In this document: piece after piece, positions 1 through 8,468 of the stretch
How the letters are laid out: every line of letters begins with the position of its first letter
Position numbering within the stretch: the stretch's first letter is position 1
Assembly (NCBI GenBank): GCA_043228905.1
Contig: JBHGNT010001256.1
Coordinates: 1 to 10,600 of the forward strand
Direction: 5' to 3'
Origin: Azolla caroliniana
Lineage: Eukaryota > Plantae > Polypodiophyta
DNA: 10,600 bases
Position numbers and translations under genes: made by a program
Notes under the pieces: model-generated
The model's database searches: none
What the model was told of the DNA's origin: nothing
The model's input: the letters and a program-made list of their open reading frames with translations, nothing else

Positions 1-165
1 AGTAGATAAAATTAACATTAAGTAATTAGTCCGAAAGGCTATGTAACTAGTCTCATTTTCTTGAACTTGATCGGAGGGAGATTCCCCAATTTGTGTATAA
101 GCCTCCTTGTATAGTCTCTTTGTAATAATCCTTCCTAACTAACGGGAAAGTAGCTTCATTTTGGA

Positions 166-183
166 AAGAAGAAGAAGAAGAAG
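166..183. repeat. (AAG)6 microsatellite
   Basis: Read directly from the sequence. Confidence 0.9.
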
Positions 184-212
184 TTAGGAATGATATATTG
201 GAAAGAGAGTCT

Positions 213-260
213 ATGCATGCATGCATGCATGCATGTATGTATGTATGTATGTATGTATGT
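213..260. repeat. Compound tetranucleotide microsatellite (ATGC)5(ATGT)7
   Basis: Read directly. It explains the HTYIHTYIHACMHAC low-complexity run in ORF 53..379(-). Confidence 0.95.
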
Positions 261-744
261 ATAATGCAGCTCAATGAATTAAATAAAGAGAATCTATGAG
301 ATAGAGATATATATTTTATCTTTTTAACGTCCACGAAAGATTGACGGTGATCTATGAAACATGGCCTCACCCATGGCAAGGATTGAACTTATGTTCTCCA
401 AATTTTTATTATTTTCGATCCTACAATATAAACCACCAAGTTAGCATGCATTTCACCTTTAATTAGAACTCTTGTTTTAAATGCGTTGGAAGAGTATTTC
501 TATCATCAACATATTTAAATATGATAGCTTCGAGCACAATTTCAAATTGTGCAACATTATTACTTCAAATTGACTAAATGTGCTTGCCTACAAGACAAGC
601 TATGCATACAATAATGGATGCCACAAATGAGACAATCACAAACAAACAAGACATGTGGAAGATAATGTGACACAAAATAATTAACTTAGAAAGTCCTATG
701 CGAGGAAATGATAAAAAAAGTGACCTTGATATTCCTCTAATTAA

Positions 745-1545
745 TACTTTATAATGACATTAAATTTTCAGTGGAACCTTTGCTTGGAAGCAATATTAGA
801 AGGAAAAGAGAAAGGCTAATATTTTGGTATAGTAAACCTAAATTGAGAAAGAGGTGGGAAGCAAGAGGGAGAGCCCCAATTTGAGGACGTAGGCATTAGT
901 TTAAAACTGTTTATGGGTGGAGGTTTAGGGTTTCGGGTTTAAGGTTTAGGAGCATGCACAAATGATAAGTGGCTAATGGGGGTCCGTCCTTATTCAAGAA
1001 GGGGTTAAAAGATAAGATACATTAGTGGTGGCATGCATATGGACATGCAAACAAATTTCCCTTTGACATTGCATCAATTCTTCATTTAATATTTCCACCT
1101 ACAAACATTGTTATGTGTGGTGAAATGGAAAAGTTCCCATTGACCATCACTACTCTAATCATAAGCACTTAAAGGTAACTCAAAGGATCAAGGAAGTTGA
1201 AAGTCTTAGGAATGCCCAAGGGCCACGATTCTAACATAAGTTTTGTAGTGTGAGTTTTAACCTATTGTGGATTGTGCTTACAAATGTGATTTACTCAAAG
1301 GTGTAGACCCTCTTGGAAAAAGAGACCATTGCTTATAAAGGGAATCCATCCTTCGTGTTGTGGATTAGAACATGCCTTTTACAATGGAATTGCCCTTTTG
1401 TTTTTCATTGGCATGGATTTCCTAGTACCTCAACAATTAGGATAATGATCCTTATAAACTTAAGCTTTCACATTGTTCACAAGGAAAACATGGAAATCAT
1501 ACAATGTCTGCATTCTTTGCTTTGTGAACCACATGAAACACATCG
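745..1545 (+). mobile_element. Ancient, heavily decayed LINE ORF2 C-terminal relic (same region as the copies at 5923-7718)
   Basis: Motifs across frameshifts are colinear with the younger copies: NFQWNLCLEAILEGK (763-807); ALV...Y/G-VEV*G (~894-931; tatggg-tggaggtttagggt vs tatggggtggaagtatggggc); TNIVMCGEMEKFPL (~1100-1143; gtgaaatggaaaagttcccattga vs gtgagatgggatcatttcccattga in copy 2); QRIKEVESLR/MPK (~1181-1220); STIRIMILINLSFH (~1430-1471, cf. SAIQTIASMRLS in copy 1); VCILC (1506-1520, CxxC). GK-to-YG spacing is 110 bp vs 108 bp in copy 1. Confidence 0.6.
924..950 (+). repeat. Interstitial degenerate plant telomere-type repeat (4 units)
   Basis: TTTAGGG TTTCGGG TTTAAGG TTTAGG. TTTAGGG is the Arabidopsis-type telomere unit. 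Confidence 0.7.
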
Positions 1546-1743
1546 GGTAACCGCTAATTAAAACAAAAGTGGAAGATTGATTGAACGTTATTAGTGACAA
1601 GAAAGTACATTTTGGTTAAAATTCTAGATAAGCCAAGGCAATGGCTATACAAATATCTCACTATTAGAGGAAAGCCATAAGCTTAACGCTACCAAATTCT
1701 AGTGTTTCATCAAGTGAAACTATAGTTAAATGCAACTTGCATA

Positions 1744-1988
1744 GTACGTAAAATTCATGTTCGTCTAGCATAACATTCGTTTTCCTACATTGGAAAACGA
1801 ATGCGAATGTTATTCAAACATTCTTGTGTTTTTTTCCCATTTTTTTAATGTTTTTTTTTTCATTTTTAGGCTTATTTACCTCACAATAAATAGTTAATCC
1901 AAAAGTATGGTATTTATCATTCTTTGAGGGTGTTTTTCTTACGCGAATGTTTCAATCATTCGGGATGCGAATGCATGTATGGTACGTA
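1744..1988. mobile_element. Possible small non-autonomous DNA-element relic with CGAATG/CATTCG motifs and a hairpin
   Basis: Perfect 12-bp inverted repeat cattcgttttcc (1774-1785)/ggaaaacgaatg (1792-1803); further CGAATG/CATTCG copies at ~1804, ~1944, ~1957 and ~1968; flanking direct repeat gtacgta (1744-1750, 1982-1988). No clean TIR. Confidence 0.3.
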
Positions 1989-3371
1989 TGGTTCATATTA
2001 TGCATGCAAGTATATGAATAACATCCAAAAGTGGTCCATGTCTACATAAGAAACTCTTAGGTCTTTTGGTGGTAAGATTGATTGGGTTGGAAGTCATAGG
2101 CGCTCCCTCTCATTTTTTCTAGTTGGCTATTTGGGTGTTGCACTTGTTTATACTATTCTTATCGGGAAGTTGGCTTCTTTATTTGAATACGTGGCTCTTT
2201 CTTGGGTAGGGGTACATTTTTAGGAATTAACACATGTTTCAACATTCCCTTGGTTGGAATGATCTCTTTCTTGAAAAAAAAGCAAGGAATCTAATGTCAT
2301 GGACAAGTAGTGGATTCAATGTTATCCTTTTACAATAGATCTAACCGATTGAAAGTGTTAGAGCTCATGAATTGTCAAGGTGTTCTCGACAATAATGTTG
2401 ATAGCAACTTGCAAGGAAAGTAGAAAGTAAGCCTTGAAACGAAAAGACAATATCTTAATGATGAGAAATGAGTTAGTCATGAGAAATGGTCACAACTCTA
2501 CAAACAAACAATTTCTTTGGTGTTTGACGTAAAACATGGGTAAATGAATGGATTTCTAAAAGGAAGAACCTTTCAAAATGAGAACCCTTATGGAACATGA
2601 AAAAGATCATGAAAGATAGTTCTCTCACAAAGCATATTGTGAGTTCTTCTCAAGCACAATATGATTGTGAGTATGACAACATGTTTAGTGCTAACAACAA
2701 GAATCAAGGTAAGATCTTGACTTAAAGATTGTGCTTACTCTAGGACTACTCAAATGCATATGCTACACAAAAGTGATAGTACATAATGTTTTAGTTGTAT
2801 GGGAAAAGACCTTGGAACGATATGGTGTCACAATAAGATTGTGAAGTCCAAACTAACCCCACTATTCTATAGCACAAAAGGTGGACACAACGAACTAGAA
2901 CATGATTCGCGCATATAAGTTAAATGTCTAATTTGCATATGTTTTATGGTAAAAAAAGTTAAATGTCTAATCCTATTCACTGATTATTTAGTGATTTTAG
3001 AACATGTGTTTAAGGAACTTGAAAAAGGTTTCTGCTTCTATTTAATGTTGCATCGAAAAAGGTTTCTGTTTTTGGCTTTGATAAATATATTGAAGTATAC
3101 ATATGTGACACGTTCAATGTAGTAACTTTAGGAAATGTATTCTTCCTATTGTTTTGAAAAACTTAATTATAAATTTACTTATTGCACTTATTCTCTAACA
3201 CAATTATGAATGACAAAATATATTTATTATGAACGAAATCGGATTACATCTTACACGATTTGAACATGCTTACATTGTTTTAAAAAATAGGGATCCTAAT
3301 TAGTTGCATATGTTTAGATTCAACATGCACTAATTATTTCTATTTACTTATACTACATTGCCTAATCTTGC

Positions 3372-3490
3372 AAGACATTCATTGATGACACATTACTAGT
3401 TGGATTTGTAAGTAGTCGGTGGTCCTTGAAGAGGCAATCAATTGTTTTAAAAAACCTAGTTTGAAGAATCTTAATGTTATAAGGAAATAA
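3372..3490 (+). pseudogene. Possible fragment of an L1-type LINE reverse transcriptase catalytic region
   Basis: Translates as KTFIDDTLLVGFVS, then after a frameshift VVLEEAINCFKKPSLKNLNVIRK, resembling plant L1 FADDTLL...F..ASG..IN..KS. Short and degenerate. Confidence 0.35.
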
Positions 3491-4011
3491 GATCGTGTTA
3501 ATCACATTGCATGTCCCTATTGGCATCAATAGTATGTTTACCATTATTATTATTTTCCTCAACTATTCCTTTTCTCTATCTCTTTTCAATTAGTTTGTGA
3601 AGGTTCATTGATGTATCATGTGGCTATATTTGTAGAATAAAGGGAACGTGTTACATTATGTAGTATGTTGTTTGGTTTTTGGGGGTAATGAGTGAATCAT
3701 GATGATTTTATTAACGATGGTGGGGGAAACAAGACTCATGGGACCAATGATCATTACATAGCACTCTCCCCGTTAGTATAGGTGGGGATTTTTAACTATT
3801 GTTTACTTTCCAATACTTTTAACTCCTCCACTTTACTTGTATTACTCACTCCAACCCATTTAGTTCGATATGATTTTTTCATAGTTGTGGAGCACATGAA
3901 AGAAATTGACTCCTAAGGAAGCTCGGAGAACCAACATTTTCCACTGACTACCATATCCTTGAAATATCTCCTCATTATTAGGTGAAGCTCATAATTATTG
4001 TTAGTTAGACT

Positions 4012-4060
4012 TGTGTGTGTGTGTGTATGAGAGAGAGAGAGAGCGAGTGAGTGAGTGAGA
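4012..4060. repeat. Compound microsatellite (TG)n(GA)n(GAGT)n
   Basis: Read directly from the sequence. Confidence 0.9.
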
Positions 4061-4467
4061 TGCTTGTGATGTGAGAATGAAAAGTATTCTAGTCTAGCAA
4101 GTATTTTGTGTCGTCACTTCGTTTGCTTTACGTGTCAAGCTTTAGCTAAGGTGTGGTGTAGCTAATCAACATGCATTCAACATCAATTGTTCTAGGCCAT
4201 GATATGTTATTGTCACTTCTACCGAAGAGGAGCCATTATGAACTTTGTGAATATTTCTTGGTTGTGTGATTGAACACACAAAAATATATGTTGGGATTTT
4301 TTACTTACGTAATTCCACCTATTGTCATCTCTTGTTGAACAATCAATATCTATTAAGAAACATTAGGTCAATGTTTTGGAATAAAATTCCATTCCTTACA
4401 ATCCCAAATATATTGATTGTTGATACATACACACTCTTGTGTTGAATCTTATAGAGATCCAAAGACG

Positions 4468-4620
4468 CTAATAGGTCTAAGATATTCTCTTAAACTAATC
4501 AATTAGATCCACAACGTTTCAATTTCATTGTCACGGAAAGACAAATGCACTCTATTAGGTCCAAAATTTGTCTTACACAAATATATTAGATCTCATGCAT
4601 TTTAATTTCAATGTCTTGGA
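4468..4620. repeat. Diverged tandem duplication, period ~84 bp, two copies
   Basis: taggtctaagatattctcttaaactaatcaattagatc...aatttcattgtcacgga (from 4472) aligns with taggtccaaaatttgtcttacacaaatatattagatc...aatttcaatgtcttgga (from 4556). Confidence 0.7.
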
Positions 4621-6830
4621 TTATGTGTGGATAGTTTCAACAATCATTGGTCATAAAGGGTCATAATGTGCATTCATTTTCTCTCTGTCACCGAAAACAA
4701 AGTTTCTACGATAGATACATCTTTGTTCCTTTCCTATATGACAATGCATTCTTAAAAGGTTGTCAATAAGAATGTGACACGTGCCCAATCCCAATGTGAA
4801 ATGTGAATTTAGATCAAAGTATAATTTGATTGGGGAATCTATCTAAGTATATCTTGTATAGTTCAGAAATAAGGGGATTCATTGGCACCTAGACTTCGAG
4901 GGGTCTAGGATTTACATGCTCCTTACTCTCAATCTTTGTGGAATTGTGTTCCTTGTCATCATGTATCTCACCTTGATTAAGTCACACGAGTTTCTATCGA
5001 ATTTGAAAACTTCCATCAAAAGATCTTAAATAATAAAACCCTTGGCACATGGTAGCCATATGGCTTGCAAAATACTCGCATCCATAATGCATATTTTGGA
5101 GAAAACTCCTATTTATTTTGCCCAATATAATTGTTTAATACTTACAGAGCTAATCAAGGTTTAAGGTGTGCTTGATATGTTGTTTTACTAGGGACCATTA
5201 TGCATAATTTCTTTATAAACTCAATAACCCCATCATTATGTTTATTTTCATGAGAAACATTCATTTTATATTACTTAAAGTTGATATTTAAATAGTTAGA
5301 TTCTCACAATTCAATTAGACATCCCAAAGTAGTCACACAATATTACTATGGCAAGGTCATTACATTGGATGCCAAGCAACACAGCCCATTAGTATAAAAA
5401 GGGCCACATTGATCAAAGATTGTATGTCACTCCATCATATCACCTTTTTAGTTCATATGAACATTTTAAAATAGATGTTTTTAGGAAAATTTATTGAAAC
5501 TTGCCATCAAATTCTTAATAAAATCCCAAATTTTTCATTGAAATATCCAAAATGCCCTTTGAATGAGCCAACCTTTCATCTCTTTCGTATCTTTGACATT
5601 GATATATGCATGTAGGGATATTATAAGGTCCTCAATACCATTAATGCCTATGGCAAGAAGAATATATGCAACACATGAAGCCTAGGAAACCAATAAAGAA
5701 ATACACCCTAGAGCAAGGGCAGAGTTGTTAAATCATCCACATTATACATATCTAGGTTGAAAGAGGGTAAAGGACCTTTTGTGGGTATGCGCGTGTGTGT
5801 TTGAGCACATTCCATTCCAGGGGAGAGAGCGAGGTAAGTGTTAGGTTATCTCACCACAATCATGCATTGTTTTACAATCACCATACAATAGTTGATACCC
5901 AAAGTTCCACTAAATCAACACACACCTAGACGTGGGTAAGTGAGCATACTATGCATTTGAGAACACATGCAATCTTGGAGATATTAAGTGTTGGGTCCTC
6001 AAGAAATATCTTTTCGACACTTTGGTGACACCGGTTTTTCTCTATGGGGTGGAAGTATGGGGCGGTAGCATCCCTAAATCTACGTGGAAAGAGTTTGAAA
6101 ATGTCCAAAAACATTTTCTTACAAAGTTTCTACAAGTTAAAAAACAAACGCCCTACACCCTCCTCCTTGATCATGGCCATGGAAAGGGTTGTTGAATACA
6201 TGCTTAAGGTTCAAAAAAGTCCCTCACACCGACTTCCTAGAATTGCATGGGAAGCAAGCAAAAAGATTCAAAAGATGCATAAAAGCAAAATTTTGTGTTC
6301 CGGTTGGATGCAAGATAAAGAAAAATGATTCGGTAGATGAGATGCGAGACACTTGCTTCATGATGTATCACTAGATTCCTCTATAAATGAGGTCTTTTTG
6401 CAACGTCAATGTATCATGGCATGGGACAAATGAGGAGGCTTCGCTTCACACATTTTACTACACATGTTGCACCTAACTACAAATTAAACCATATTATTTG
6501 CGGAATGAGGAAACTGTACACATCGATACATGTTAGAGCCCATCCTGTTATCTGCCATTCAAACCATTGCTTCCATGCGACTTAGCCGACCACTTTGCCC
6601 TAAACAAATTCGCGAGTATGAGTATCACACTTTGATACAATGCTCTGCCTTTGATCATATTCGACCATGCTTTCCATATCTCTTCAACCGAACCCAATCC
6701 TTGCACGAAATTCTCTCGCAACCACAATGTGCACTCTCGATTGCAACATTTATTGGTAAAGTTCTTGAACGTCAAGAGTCACTACTCACTTTCACACGTA
6801 TCACGTGAAATGTAATATTTTTGGTCTCAT

Positions 6831-6846
6831 AGGTCATATTTGACCT
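6831..6846 (+). other. Stem-loop in LINE 3' UTR
   Basis: aggtca-tatt-tgacct is a perfect 6-bp stem with a 4-nt loop, lying between the ORF2 stop and the tail. Confidence 0.55.
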
Positions 6847-6863
6847 CCGAAGATGATAATATA

Positions 6864-6896
6864 ATCTATCTATATATCTATCTATCTCTCTCTCTC
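6864..6896 (+). repeat. (TATC)n grading into (TC)n; probable LINE 3' tail
   Basis: atctatctatatatctatctatctctctctctc starts ~55 bp after the ORF2 stop. Simple-repeat tails are typical of RTE/L2/CR1-type LINEs. Confidence 0.8.
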
Positions 6897-7718
6897 ACTT
6901 GGAAATAGGTTGAAAATGTATAAAGCATTTCTTACAAAGTTTCTACAAGACAAGTCACAAACACTAATATAAACCCTCTACTTCGTGAGATGGGATCATT
7001 TCCCATTGAGCTCATAGCCATGGAGAGGGTTGTTGAATTCATGTTTAGGATTCAAAAAACTTCTTCACACCAGCTTCCTAGAATCGCATAGAAGGCAAAC
7101 AAAAAGATCCAAAAGACACATACAAGCAAAAATTTGAGTTTCGGTATAATGGAAAAATGGTTGGAAAGATGGTATGCAACACACTTGCTTCATGATGCAG
7201 ATTCAATTGATTCCTCTATGAATGAGGTATTTTGGCAATGCCAATGTATCATAACATGAGAAAAATGTGGTGGCTCACACTTCACACATTATAAAACATA
7301 TGTTGTACCTAACTACAAAACTATGTTCTTTGTTGAATGGGGAAAGCGCACACATCAATACATGTTAGAGCCCATCTTGTTGTCTGCCATCGGAACACCG
7401 CTTTAATCTAACTTAGCATACACCCACTACAATGCAAGACAGGTGTTGGGACACAAATGATGAGAGTAATCAACTATGCACAATGTCCTAAACAAGTTCG
7501 GGAGCTTGAGGATCATTGTTTGATACAATGCTCAGCCTTTGATCACATTAGACAATACTTTCGACACACCTTCAACCAAACCCAATCCTTGCAAGAATTT
7601 CTCTAATAGTCACAGTGTGCATTCTTGATTGCAACTTTCATTAGTAAAGTTCTTGAATGTTGAGACTCGCTACTCACTTTCATATGTACTACGTGACAGT
7701 GTTGTATTTTTTGTCTCA
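6897..7718 (+). mobile_element. 5'-truncated dead LINE, copy 2 (same family, directly downstream of copy 1, 3' tail missing)
   Basis: Colinear nucleotide homology with ~6082-6829 (for example cttacaaagtttctacaag, acacttgcttcatgatg, tacatgttagagcccatc, tttgatacaatgctc, taaagttcttgaa, ctactcactttca). It retains EMGSFPIEL and LSIHPLQCKTG/W...QLCT/CPKQVRELEDHCLIQC. Stop at 7694-7696; homology ends at gtctca (7718). Confidence 0.9.
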
Positions 7719-7738
7719 GAAGGGGATTGAGCGTGAAG

Positions 7739-7800
<62 letters not shown>

Positions 7801-8147
7801 GGGGGGTAAACAAAGAAAGAGAGTCACACACAATTTTTTAGAGGGAATTTTTACTCTATTGTTTATTCATGCCCCATGGGTGGGGTTTATATAGGTACAT
7901 GAGGTGACCGTTACAAATCAAGAATGTACAAAGAGACAAGTAGGGTACTTACATAACCCTCTCACCATTTACCCACACTCTCTCATATATGTACACATGC
8001 ACACAAATGTACATGTGTTCATACACATACTCATCCTCACACTCACACTCATATACATTACAAATACACAACAACCACACTATAGTCTTTCACCCTTATT
8101 CCTCTGAGTACATCTCATATGGATAACACATGGCACGCTTGTGGGAC
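7719..8147. mobile_element. LTR-like fragment ending TAACA (8124-8128), followed by a PBS-like motif
   Basis: ...ggaTAACA-ca-TGGCACGCTTGTGGGAC (8131-8147): TGG placed 2 nt after a CA end, as expected for a PBS. From memory it resembles tRNA-Arg-type PBS of Tat-lineage Ty3/gypsy elements (unverified). TATATAAA (7886-7893) and AATAAA (7862-7867) lie on the minus strand, so orientation is ambiguous. No left TG end or TSD found. Confidence 0.45.
7741..7801. repeat. (GA)n microsatellite, ~30 units with one interruption
   Basis: Read directly. It causes the SLSLSL run in ORF 7603..7833(-). Confidence 0.95.
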
Positions 8148-8408
8148 AGTGCATTGCAAGTCGAACCCACTTGCCATGTCAAATTCTCGTTTGACTGAAA
8201 CTTCATTGATCTTCTCTTTGATCGATACCCTCAACCGGAACACGCTTGACATAAACATCCCATTTGGTCAGCGCACGACAAGAACACCAAGCGTTCCGAT
8301 GGGATCTACACACCAATCAACATCTTCACTTCGGCATTATCCTTTAGGTCGTAAAATAACGGTAGTGAAGAGTTACCCCCTCAAACTTGTGTTTGTCTCA
8401 TTTTCCCT

Positions 8409-8413
<5 letters not shown>

Positions 8414-8448
<35 letters not shown>
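8414..8448. repeat. (TC)17 microsatellite
   Basis: Read directly from the sequence. Confidence 0.95.
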
Positions 8449-8450
<2 letters not shown>

Positions 8451-8468
8451 GTGGGTGTGTGTGTTATA

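Larger units (their letters stand above)
5923..6896 (+). mobile_element. 5'-truncated dead LINE, copy 1: ORF2 C-terminus (RT thumb to CCHC knuckle), 3' UTR and microsatellite tail; RTE/RTEX-like
   Basis: Frame +1 from 5923 reads HLDVGK*AYYAFENTCNLGDIKCWVLKKYLFDTLVTPVFLYGVEVWGGSIPKSTWKEFENVQKHFLTKFLQVKKQTPYTLLL, containing the LINE thumb motif LF..LV.P.L.YG.E.W. After a frameshift it continues IMAMERVVEYMLKVQKSPSHRLPRIAW..., then ...RLS/LCPKQIREYEYHTLIQCSAFDHIR... to the stop at 6806-6808. A short 3' UTR and (TATC)n(TC)n tail follow. ORFs 6044..6328 (second half) and 6530..6808 are pieces of this. Confidence 0.9.

Noticed and set aside
53-379. 108-aa minus-strand ORF
   Set aside because: Kept open by (ATGC/ATGT)n and (AAG)n microsatellites; no recognisable domain.
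1313-1561. 82-aa ORF as an independent gene
   Set aside because: TTG start, and better explained as part of the old LINE relic.
2255-2600. Semi-open plus-strand frame (GMISFLKKKQGI*CHGQVVDSML...EKWSQLYKQ...)
   Set aside because: Several stops and no recognisable motif; I cannot distinguish it from chance without a search.
2917-3068. Repeat-spacer-repeat pattern as a CRISPR array
   Set aside because: Only two copies of each of two different repeats, 14-16 bp long, in a eukaryotic context with no cas genes.
4283-4418. Imperfect inverted repeat aatatatgttgggatt / aatcccaaatatatt as a MITE
   Set aside because: AT-rich, imperfect and without a clear TSD; plausible by chance.
4888-4909. Hairpin cctagac-ttcgaggg-gtctagg as a Helitron 3' end or terminator
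   Set aside because: No CTRR terminus at the expected distance on either strand, and no U-tract.
5926-6775. ORFs 5926..6114(-), 6189..6374(+) and 6548..6775(-)
   Set aside because: Shadow frames overlapping the LINE ORF2 relic.
8121-8310. Hammerhead ribozyme/retrozyme or intact tRNA gene
   Set aside because: I found no CUGANGA core on either strand, and no complete cloverleaf or A/B-box pair.
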